From Deltaproteobacteria bacterium (lineage in GTDB: Bacteria; Myxococcota_A; Polyangia; Polyangiales; Houyiibacteriaceae): 64,000 bases of DNA. The notes below the pieces were generated by a model that made no database searches, was not told the DNA's origin, and saw nothing but the letters and a program-made list of their open reading frames with translations. The stretch is taken from NCBI GenBank assembly GCA_034670305.1, contig JAXMNT010000001.1, forward strand, positions 224,001 to 288,000, read 5' to 3'. This document shows positions 17,377-25,956 of the stretch, piece after piece (within the stretch, counting starts at the first letter, position 1; the number at the start of each line of letters is the position of its first letter). Position numbers and translations under genes: made by a program.

Positions 17377-19998
17377 TCAGTTGAGGGTGTTGCAGGCGAC
17401 TTGGTGGCCGAGTTCGCAGGCGATGCGCAGGTCGGCGCGAGCGTCTTCCACCCGGCCGGCGTGTTGCCGGACCAGATACCGGTTGGTACGCATCACCGGG
17501 TCTTGCGGCCTCGCTTCGATCGCCGCGTCCATGTCCGCGAGCGCGTCGGCCGTGTGGTCCAAGTGGTAGTGCGCCAGCCCTCGGTGCATGAGGATCCACG
17601 GGTCGCCGGGCATGGCCTGCAGGGCCCGGGTACAGGCGGAGATCGCTTCGTTGCGGCGCGACCGCGCGAGGAGCGCGCAGCGCCGCTGATGGGCGCGCGG
17701 AAGGTCGGGGGCCAGTTGCAGCGCGCGGTCCACGCTGGCGATCGCTTCCTCGGGATCAGCTTGGGCGAGCGAGAGGTCGAGCCACGCTTCGGTGTGGTTC
17801 GGGTAGAGCCCCACCACCCGCTCGAGGATCGGCCGTGCGTGCATGCGGTGGCCGGTGCGCTCGTAGATCTGCGCGAGTTCCGAGAGTGCATTCAGATCGT
17901 TCGAGTCGTAGCGAAGCGAGGCCCGCAGGTCGTCGTAGGCGAGCGCGCGCCGTCCGGTGCGGTGCCGCAGGATGCCGCGGTTGCGAAGCGTGGCCGCGTC
18001 GGAAGGCTCGAGCGCGAGCGCGCGGTTGAACGCGGCCTCGGCACCTTCGAGGTCGCCCTGCCGCATGGAGACGTAACCCTTCGCGCCCCAGTAGGGCGCG
18101 GTCTCCGGGGCTTCCCGGCCAACGCGATCGAGCAACGCCAGACCCTCGGCTTCGGTCGCGTTCCGCCCAAGCAACACCAGCGCGCGTCCGACGAGCAGGT
18201 TCGGTTGGTTTGGGTGCGCCGCGATCTGCGCGTCGATGCGGGCGAGCGCGGCGTCGACCCCACCGGTCAACATGCGTTCGGGCACGAGCGGATCGCCGTC
18301 TCGGCGGACGTTGTCGGCCATCGAGATCGGGCCGCCGCCTTCCAGATCGGCGGGGGGGATCGGCGTGAGGGCGCCCAGATCGGGAAGGGCGGAGCTCGGG
18401 TTCATCAGTCCGGGGATCGGCGTCAGTTCGGTGGTCGGCGCCTCGGACGGCACCTGCTCGGTCGGTTCGAACTCCGGGTCCGGCGGCTCGACGTCCGGCG
18501 CGTCCGCGACGATGGTCTCTTCGGTGGGCCGAAGCCAGACGCTCCACACCAAGCCGAACACCAGCGCGCCGAGCACGGTGCCAGCGACCACCCAGGGGAC
18601 CACGGACCGGCGCGGCTTGGGTTGGCCCACCGAGTCGATGGCTTCTACCGACTCAGAGACCTCGGCACGCCGGGCCTGAGAGACGTAGGGGCGATCTTCC
18701 GGCGGGATGTCCAGCGGCTCGAGCGCCTCCGCCTTCGACTCTGCGCTCGCTGGGTCCGCGCTTGCGCTCGCTTCCGCGCTGGTGCTCGCTTCCGCGCTGT
18801 CCGCGCTGGGCGGGAACGCGTCGGGCGAGGTCGGGTCTGGAGCGGATGCGTCTGAGGCGTCGGCCGGGGGACGGATGGACGCCGGGCGGGAGGCTTCGGT
18901 CGCGGCGACCGGATCGATCGATGGGTCCGAGTTCGGCCGAGTGATCGACAGCTCTTCGATGCGCCGCGTGGTCTCCACATCGTCGGGCAGGTAGGCGAGC
19001 GCGCGGTCGAGTGCGGCGAGCGCGGCGAAGGTGCGACCCTCCGCGGCGGCTTCTTCCGCGTCGGTGCGCAGGCGGCGGACCCGCTCCTTGGCGCGCGCTT
19101 CTTGGTACGCCGCTGGGTCGCTCGAGAGCGCGACGACTTCGCGCCGGTGTGCGCTCGGTGGCGCCCAGTCGAGGTGTTCCCGGAGCTCGGCGGCCAGCTC
19201 GTGCGCGTCGGCCGGCCGGTCTTCCGGTTGGGGCGAGAGGCATCGGGTCACGAGCGCGTCGAGTGCGGGGGACACGCGCCGGTCGCGGTCGATCAGCGCG
19301 TCGAAGGTGCCGGCCAGAATCGCCGCGACCTCTTCGCCGGAACGCCCCCGCCGAAACGGACGCGACCCACAGAGCAGCTCGTAGAGCACCCCACCGAGCG
19401 CGAAGACATCGGTCGCGGGTGTCGGCGGATCCCCTTCGATCTGTTCCGGCGCCATGTAGGGCACCGAACCGGCCACCGTGCCGGTGCGGGTGAGCCGGGA
19501 GTGGTCCATGCCGAGGGCGAGGCCGAGGTCGACCAGGGTCACGTCGCCGCGCGGAGAGACGATGACGTTCTCCGGTTTCAGATCCCGGTGCACCAGGCCC
19601 GCGGCATGCATCGCACCGACCGCGTCGACCACCGGCGCGACCAGCCGCAGCGCCCCCTCCGGTCCGACGCCGCGGGCCGGGATCAATGCGCGAAGCGTGA
19701 CGCCAAGCAGGAGCGGCATCACCAGGTAAGGCCCGCGCAGCGGATCGATGCCGTGGTCGAGCAGCGCGACGAGGTTCGGATGGCGGACCGAGGCGAGCAC
19801 GTCGATCTCGCGGCTGAACCGCTCCAGCAGGCTGGGGGTCGCCTGTCCGTCCAGACCGGCGGCCAGCACCTTGACGGCCACGTCCTCCCCCGCCGGGCCG
19901 CGCGCGCGGAAGACCCGCGCGAAGCCTCCTTCACCGACCTGATCGGCCAGCTGGTAGGCTCCGACGGTCATGCCATTGGAGAGCGCTTCAGTCGTCAT
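17377..19998 (-). CDS. Ser/Thr protein kinase with TM helix and C-terminal TPR array
   Basis: GEGGFARVF, VAVK, HRDLKPEN, DLG, YMAPE; TM VVPWVVAG...; multiple TPRs. Start is 19998 or 19971. Confidence 0.9.
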   Translation of the reverse strand: MTTEALSNGMTVGAYQLADQVGEGGFARVFRARGPAGEDVAVKVLAAGLDGQATPSLLERFSREIDVLASVRHPNLVALLDHGIDPLRGPYLVMPLLLGVTLRALIPARGVGPEGALRLVAPVVDAVGAMHAAGLVHRDLKPENVIVSPRGDVTLVDLGLALGMDHSRLTRTGTVAGSVPYMAPEQIEGDPPTPATDVFALGGVLYELLCGSRPFRRGRSGEEVAAILAGTFDALIDRDRRVSPALDALVTRCLSPQPEDRPADAHELAAELREHLDWAPPSAHRREVVALSSDPAAYQEARAKERVRRLRTDAEEAAAEGRTFAALAALDRALAYLPDDVETTRRIEELSITRPNSDPSIDPVAATEASRPASIRPPADASDASAPDPTSPDAFPPSADSAEASTSAEASASADPASAESKAEALEPLDIPPEDRPYVSQARRAEVSESVEAIDSVGQPKPRRSVVPWVVAGTVLGALVFGLVWSVWLRPTEETIVADAPDVEPPDPEFEPTEQVPSEAPTTELTPIPGLMNPSSALPDLGALTPIPPADLEGGGPISMADNVRRDGDPLVPERMLTGGVDAALARIDAQIAAHPNQPNLLVGRALVLLGRNATEAEGLALLDRVGREAPETAPYWGAKGYVSMRQGDLEGAEAAFNRALALEPSDAATLRNRGILRHRTGRRALAYDDLRASLRYDSNDLNALSELAQIYERTGHRMHARPILERVVGLYPNHTEAWLDLSLAQADPEEAIASVDRALQLAPDLPRAHQRRCALLARSRRNEAISACTRALQAMPGDPWILMHRGLAHYHLDHTADALADMDAAIEARPQDPVMRTNRYLVRQHAGRVEDARADLRIACELGHQVACNTLN

Positions 19999-21673
19999 CG
20001 TTGCGGGTCCGGGCGCGGTGCCCGTGCGCCATACGTTCCGGAAAGTCATCACGACCCTCGGAGCGGACGAAAGCGCGGACCTGCGCCTCGGCACGGTTTC
20101 GCGTCAGTGGGCGGTCGTCAAGCGTTCTGGCGACTCCCTGGAGCTCCGGGTGCTCGAAACCGGCGCCACCCACGCGCTGCATCCAGGCAGCAAAGTGGTC
20201 GTGGACGGGGTGCTGTTCGACCTCACCGAGCCGGTCGAGTCCTCGGTCACGGTGCAGCGCCTGCCCATCGATCGAATCGCGCTCGCGCTCGGTGACGTGG
20301 ACGCGCCGGAAGACGCACTCGAAGGGTTGCTTGCCGAGCTGCTCGCGGTCACCGGCGCGGACCGGGGCGCGCTCGTGCTCCGGGAACGGGGCAGCTACAC
20401 CGTGCCGGTCGCGCGGGACAGCAGTGGGGCACCGCTCCCGAACGGGGCGGAACTCCTCAGCGACACCCTGGTTCGCGACGTGCTGGAGCGGGGCGAGTCG
20501 GTCTGCGTCGCGGATGCGCCGAGCCACGATCGCTACGCGCAGATCCCCAGCGTCGCGGCGCTCGAGTTGCGCTCGGTGCTCTGCGTCCCGATGACGCTCG
20601 GCGGCAACGTGATGGGCGCGATCTTTCTCGGCAAGCGGCAGTCGCGCGCGGGGGTGCTGCATCCGGAGTGGGCGGACGACCTGCGGGCGATCGGCTCGAT
20701 GGTGTTGCCCTTGCTCGCGCAGCTCCGGCGGCACGCGGGCCAGCGCGGGGAGGGCGAATACCTGCTGGTCGGAGAAGACGCGTCGATGCAGGAGGTGCGG
20801 CTGCTCGTCCAGAAAGTCGGACCGAGCAACCTGAGCGTGCTGGTCCTCGGAGACACCGGCACCGGCAAGGAGATGGTGGCGCGCGCGCTCCACCACGCGA
20901 GCGACCGCGGCGCCCACGAGATGGTCGCGCTCAACTGTTCTTCGGTGCCGGAGAGTTTGCTCAGCGCGGAGCTCTTCGGCGCGAAGAAGGGCGCCTACAC
21001 CGGCGCGGTCGCCGACCGCGAAGGGGTGATCGAGCGCGCCCATCGCTCGACGTTGTTCCTCGACGAAGTGGGCGACATGCCGCCGTCGATGCAGGCTTCG
21101 CTTCTGCGGGTGCTCGAAGAACGCAAGGTCACCCGCCTCGGCGACGGGCAGGCGCGCAAGGTGGACTTCCGACTCGTCGCCGCGACCCACAAGAACCTGG
21201 AAGACGAAGTGGAGGCCGGCCGCTTTCGGGAAGACCTGCTCTTCCGACTGCAAGAGATGACCATCGTCGTGCCCGCGCTCGCGGCCCGCGGCGACGACGT
21301 CATCTTGTTGGCCACGTTGTTTCTGCGGCGCGCCGAACGAGAGCTCGGGCTGCCGCCGCTCGTCTTGTCGGCGGCGAGCGAGCGGGTGATCCGCACCCAC
21401 CGCTGGCCGGGCAACGTGCGCGAGCTCAAAGCCGCCATGCGCCGTGCTGCGCTGCTGTGCGACGGCGAGACGATCACGCCCGACGATCTCCGGCTCCGCA
21501 CGAGCCGCAGCGTGCCGCCGAGCGCAGACACCAGCCTGCCGCTCACCGAAGCGCGCGAGAAGTTCGTCCAGGAGTACGTGCAGCGCACCCTGACCAAACA
21601 CGAAGGCAACCGAGAAGCCGCCGCCGCCGCGCTCGGCATCAGCCTGCGCACCCTGTACCGCTACCTCGAGTAG
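19970..21673 (+). CDS. sigma54-dependent activator: degenerate FHA - GAF - AAA+ - Fis HTH
   Basis: GDTGTGKE, ELFGAKKGAYTGA, LFLDEVG, WPGNVREL, GNREAAAAALGISLRTLYR. Confidence 0.92.
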   Translation: MPLESASVVIVAGPGAVPVRHTFRKVITTLGADESADLRLGTVSRQWAVVKRSGDSLELRVLETGATHALHPGSKVVVDGVLFDLTEPVESSVTVQRLPIDRIALALGDVDAPEDALEGLLAELLAVTGADRGALVLRERGSYTVPVARDSSGAPLPNGAELLSDTLVRDVLERGESVCVADAPSHDRYAQIPSVAALELRSVLCVPMTLGGNVMGAIFLGKRQSRAGVLHPEWADDLRAIGSMVLPLLAQLRRHAGQRGEGEYLLVGEDASMQEVRLLVQKVGPSNLSVLVLGDTGTGKEMVARALHHASDRGAHEMVALNCSSVPESLLSAELFGAKKGAYTGAVADREGVIERAHRSTLFLDEVGDMPPSMQASLLRVLEERKVTRLGDGQARKVDFRLVAATHKNLEDEVEAGRFREDLLFRLQEMTIVVPALAARGDDVILLATLFLRRAERELGLPPLVLSAASERVIRTHRWPGNVRELKAAMRRAALLCDGETITPDDLRLRTSRSVPPSADTSLPLTEAREKFVQEYVQRTLTKHEGNREAAAAALGISLRTLYRYLE

Positions 21674-21683
21674 CGCGCGCGAC

Positions 21684-21906
<223 letters not shown>

Positions 21907-21907
21907 G

Positions 21908-22438
21908 TCAACGCAGCAGGTCGAGCTCCTCGAACACGATGGCCAACATGTACGCGCGGAAGATGCCGCCCGCGTCGCCCCAGCCCATCCTCCAAGGCAT
22001 CTGATGCGGGTTCACGGTGCGGCGTCCCAAGTCGTTGCGGAGAAATCCTTGGAGCGCCTGCCGCACCGCGCGCAGGTCCCATTGCCAGTCGGGGCGCGCG
22101 GCCGCGATCTCGTCGAGCCGAGGCTTCGCGTCTCGGGCCTTCTCCAGAATGTCCATGTAGGCATGCGTCAACGGGGGCGCCTCGGGATGGCGCTGGGTGC
22201 GAATCAGCGCTTCGGCAATTCTCGAGTCCGCGCCGATCTCCGACGGGTCGGGGTAGTGGCGACCCAACGGTGGCACCAGACCATAGAGCAGCGCTCCGAC
22301 CGCCTTGGCGGTGGTGGTCGCCTGCGAGATCACGTCGTTGACGAGCGGATCCCGGAACTCGCCTGTCGTCGGGTTCAGAGCGCGCCGTACCTGCCGCTCG
22401 ATGTCGGAGAAATCGAGGGCACGAATCTCCGAGTGCAT
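21908..22438 (-). CDS. Hypothetical protein (176 aa)
   Basis: MHSEIRALDFSDIERQ...; starts 8 nt after the HAD-like gene stop; coding-like composition. Confidence 0.7.
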   Translation of the reverse strand: MHSEIRALDFSDIERQVRRALNPTTGEFRDPLVNDVISQATTTAKAVGALLYGLVPPLGRHYPDPSEIGADSRIAEALIRTQRHPEAPPLTHAYMDILEKARDAKPRLDEIAAARPDWQWDLRAVRQALQGFLRNDLGRRTVNPHQMPWRMGWGDAGGIFRAYMLAIVFEELDLLR

Positions 22439-22446
22439 CGTTCTGA

Positions 22447-23187
22447 CTAGAGGAGCCGGAAGTCGCGCAGGTGCTCGAAGCGGCCTTCGGCGCTTGCGGT
22501 CTCGAGCGCCCAGAGATCGACCAGGCCGATGTCGGCCTCGGGGAACGCCGCACGCGCGGCGTCGCAGTCGGACGCCTGGGCTTCGAACGCGCCGATCACG
22601 TCTCCGCGCGCCGCGATGCGCGGCAGGGCAGAGCGCTTGAAGGACTCGGTGCCGAGGGTCGCGTCCGGTTTCAAGACAAGTTGCACGCCCACATCGGCGA
22701 TCGGGAACCCTTGATCGCGAAGCGAAGTGATCGTGCCGAGCAACATGCCGTGCACGTCGCGCCCAGCGAGGTAGACGATGCCGCCGCCCGCGTCGTGGAT
22801 CGCCTGCACGTACTCGACCGCGCCGTGGTTCGGCACATCGAGCAGCGCGTAGTCGTCGGTGTGAAACCGCTCGCGCCAGAACGCGGTCACGTCGTGTACG
22901 AGATCCGCGTGGGTGATGCCGCACTCGCGCAGGGTCTGGCTCAGCAGGTAGTGCACGTGTTCGAGCTCGAGGCCCGACAGCGCGTCGGAGACGTCGGGAT
23001 CTTCCGGCCGCACGGCCTCGGCGTACTCGAGCAGGATCTGCAATGTGCGCGGCCGCGTGTCGTACAGCGCGCCATCGACCCCGAACACCACGAGTGGAGG
23101 TGGCCCGCCATCGGCGGCGGCCATCGCGACACGGTCCAGAACCCGTTGGAGGACCGCGACCTGATGGGGAAGCGGGGGAGGAAGCAT
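22447..23187 (-). CDS. HAD-superfamily (acid phosphatase B-like) protein lacking the nucleophile Asp
   Basis: VVFGVDGALYDTRPR where DxD is expected; GAVEYV..GGGIVYLAGR; LVLKP; SFK. Confidence 0.8.
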   Translation of the reverse strand: MLPPPLPHQVAVLQRVLDRVAMAAADGGPPPLVVFGVDGALYDTRPRTLQILLEYAEAVRPEDPDVSDALSGLELEHVHYLLSQTLRECGITHADLVHDVTAFWRERFHTDDYALLDVPNHGAVEYVQAIHDAGGGIVYLAGRDVHGMLLGTITSLRDQGFPIADVGVQLVLKPDATLGTESFKRSALPRIAARGDVIGAFEAQASDCDAARAAFPEADIGLVDLWALETASAEGRFEHLRDFRLL

Positions 23188-23472
23188 CGCCGGACACTAA
23201 ACCAACGGCGCCGCTCTGGAAACGTTTGTGAGCCCTCGTGTCGCGGACCCTTGGAGCCCCGTCCCATTGCCATCGGGGCCTCTCTGCCTTAGGATTGCCT
23301 TCGCTTCGGGCCGCCATCTGTGGGCTGGGGCATTGGGGACCACAGATCGTGTGAACGACATTCGCTCACCATCTGCCCGTGGAGTTTTGTCCAGAGGACG
23401 ACCTCCAAACCCCCGACATCCCTCGCGATGTCCCCACCCAGTTCTTTCTCTGACCCCACGATTCTAGCGCTG

Positions 23473-23946
23473 ATGGCAACCATGGACGACGACGGCAGCG
23501 AACGATCCACCGCAGGAGCGGTGGAAGCGCCGACGCATGGGATCCTCGTGGTCGAATCGGACCCGGACCAGCAATGGCGTTTGGCGCGCCGGCTGACCGT
23601 GGATGGCAACCGGGTGGTTGGGACCAGCTCCGCCGACGGTGCGCTCGCCCTGGTGTCTCGCTGGCCGGTGGATCTGGTGCTCGTCGCGGAAGATCTGCCG
23701 GGCATGGAAGGCCTGGAGCTGGTTCGGCGGCTGCACGAGACCTGCGAAGGTGTGCAGGTCGTCCTGATGACCCACGACGACGGCCCCGACGTCCGGGTCG
23801 CCGCGGCGCTGGCCGGCGCGACCGGGTGCCTCCGCAAGCCGGTCCGCTCTGCAGCGCTCGCCGAGATCATGGCGCGCGCGCTGGGCTCCGACATTCGGCC
23901 TTCGCTGCCGCCGCCCGCGCTGCGCGACATCTCCGCCGCCGAGTAG
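23473..23946 (+). CDS. Stand-alone atypical receiver domain protein
   Basis: ILVVESD, DLVLVAEDLPGMEGLEL, VVLMT, GATGCLRKP. Start uncertain (23428, 23473 or 23482). Confidence 0.8.
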   Translation: MATMDDDGSERSTAGAVEAPTHGILVVESDPDQQWRLARRLTVDGNRVVGTSSADGALALVSRWPVDLVLVAEDLPGMEGLELVRRLHETCEGVQVVLMTHDDGPDVRVAAALAGATGCLRKPVRSAALAEIMARALGSDIRPSLPPPALRDISAAE

Positions 23947-24054
23947 CACCGAGTCACTTCACCGCCGCTCGATCCGAGGACAAGGGCGCGGGCAAGCGCT
24001 CCTGACGCGATCGTCCTACCCAGCATCGGGTGGTCTGGGCTAGCCTGCTCCGCG

Positions 24055-25956
24055 TTGCGACGCACCGATCCGAACCACCGCCACCGCTTCGGCGGGCTGG
24101 GCCCCCTTCTCGTTGCCTCGATCGCCTGCGCGCTGTTGCTTGCGACCGTCACCGGCGCCCAGCGCGGCGGGACCACGATCGGGGTCGATGAAATCCAGCC
24201 CGGCATGCAGGGCTACGGCCTGAGCGTGCTCCGCGGCACCCAGCCCGAACGTTTCGATGTCGAAGTCATCGACGTCCTGCACAACTTCCGACCCGATCAG
24301 GATCTGATCCTCGCCCGCACGCCGCATCCCCTGCTCAACCGCGCGATCGCGGTCGGCGGCATGAGCGGCAGTCCCATCTACCTCGATGGAAGACTCGCCG
24401 GCGCGTACGCGTACGGCTGGGGTTTTGGACTCGACCCGGTCATCGGCATCACGCCGATCTCGAGCATGCTTCACGAGATGGGACGCACCGTGCGTCCCGA
24501 TGCGTTTCCCGGTGCGCGTCCGCTCGGCAAACTGCGTCCCACCAAAGCGCGTCGCCGCGCCCGTTCGGCGCAGAACGCCGCCGCGCTTGCGCCGCATACA
24601 CCGGGCACCCGCTCGGATGCGTTCGCGCGGCTCCGAAGCCACCGCGACGTGTACGCCCGCGCGACCACCGGCCCAGCCGGCATGCAAGCCGCGATGACGC
24701 CGCTGATGCTCGGCGGCTTCACCGACGACGTCGCCGCGGCGCTCGGCGAAGAGCTCGAACCCTTCGGTCTCGTGCCGCTTCAGGGCGGCGGTGGTGCGGC
24801 ATCGCCCGGCGCGGCCCGGCCTCAGTTCGTCGACGGTGGCGCGATCGGCGTTCAGCTCGTGCGCGGCGACATCTCGGCCACCGCGATCGGCACCGTCACG
24901 CACGTCGGAAACGGCGGCCGGCTCGTCGCGTTCGGCCACCCGATGATGAACCTCGGCCAGATCGGTCTGCCCACCTCCACCGCGCGCGTGCTGCATGTGT
25001 TCCTCAGCCAGGCGCGCAGCTTCAAGATCGCCGAAGCGATCGCGCCGTACGGCACCCTGATCAACGACCGGCCGTCGGCCATCGTCATCGACACCAACTT
25101 GCAGGCCGCCACCATCCCGGTGCGCATCCGGCTCAACGGCATCGAAGGCGCCGCACGCACCGAGTGGAACGTCGAAGTCGCGTCGCATCCTTCGCTCTCG
25201 CCCGTGCTCGTGTTCAGCGCGCTCTCGAACGCGATCAAAGCGAGCGCCTCGGACCAGACCGACGTCGCGTTCACCGCGCGCTACACCACCGTGATCGAGG
25301 GCCAGCCGCCGGTGACGCTGGAAGACCGCGGGGCGATGTTCGGAGGCCCGGCCGACAACCGCGCGCTCGCGCAGTTGCGGCTCTTCGAACTCTTCGACAT
25401 CGCCTACTCGAACCCGTTCGAGGAGAGCCGCATCGAGCGGGTGGAGATCGAACTCGACGTCCGGTTCGAGCGCGACATCGCCCGCATCGTCGAGGCGCGG
25501 GTCGCAGACGACGAAGTCGACCCCGGCAGCGACGTGGACGTGACGATCGTCTACGAACGGTACGGCCGTGGACTCACGGAGCGAACGGTCCAGGTGCACG
25601 TGCCCACGTCGGCGGCCGGGCAGACCGTCGAGTTGAAAGTACAGGGCGGCGGGTCGGTCTCGATCGAACAGCCCACGCCCCGCAACACCGCGGATCTCAT
25701 CCGCTCGGTGTCGAGTGCGTATCCGACGACCTCCATCGTGACCTCGCTCGAGCTGCCGAGCCGCGGTCTGCGCTTTCGAGGGCATGTCGTGACGAGCCTG
25801 CCCCGCAGCGCGTTGAACAGTTTGGAGCGCGTCACCCGCGAGAGCGAAGGACGACCCTTCGCGACCTACCTGCGCCGACCCATCGACGTCGGACACGTCG
25901 TCGTGGGCTCGGCGGAGATCGACCTGCGCGTGCGCGAGACCCCACGAGGAAGATGA
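24055..25956 (+). CDS. SpoIVB-like peptidase S55 domain protein, secreted
   Basis: IQPGMQGYGLSV.RG..PERF.VEV; GGMSGSPIYLDGRLAGA; AFGHPM; signal peptide. Confidence 0.88.
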   Translation: MRRTDPNHRHRFGGLGPLLVASIACALLLATVTGAQRGGTTIGVDEIQPGMQGYGLSVLRGTQPERFDVEVIDVLHNFRPDQDLILARTPHPLLNRAIAVGGMSGSPIYLDGRLAGAYAYGWGFGLDPVIGITPISSMLHEMGRTVRPDAFPGARPLGKLRPTKARRRARSAQNAAALAPHTPGTRSDAFARLRSHRDVYARATTGPAGMQAAMTPLMLGGFTDDVAAALGEELEPFGLVPLQGGGGAASPGAARPQFVDGGAIGVQLVRGDISATAIGTVTHVGNGGRLVAFGHPMMNLGQIGLPTSTARVLHVFLSQARSFKIAEAIAPYGTLINDRPSAIVIDTNLQAATIPVRIRLNGIEGAARTEWNVEVASHPSLSPVLVFSALSNAIKASASDQTDVAFTARYTTVIEGQPPVTLEDRGAMFGGPADNRALAQLRLFELFDIAYSNPFEESRIERVEIELDVRFERDIARIVEARVADDEVDPGSDVDVTIVYERYGRGLTERTVQVHVPTSAAGQTVELKVQGGGSVSIEQPTPRNTADLIRSVSSAYPTTSIVTSLELPSRGLRFRGHVVTSLPRSALNSLERVTRESEGRPFATYLRRPIDVGHVVVGSAEIDLRVRETPRGR

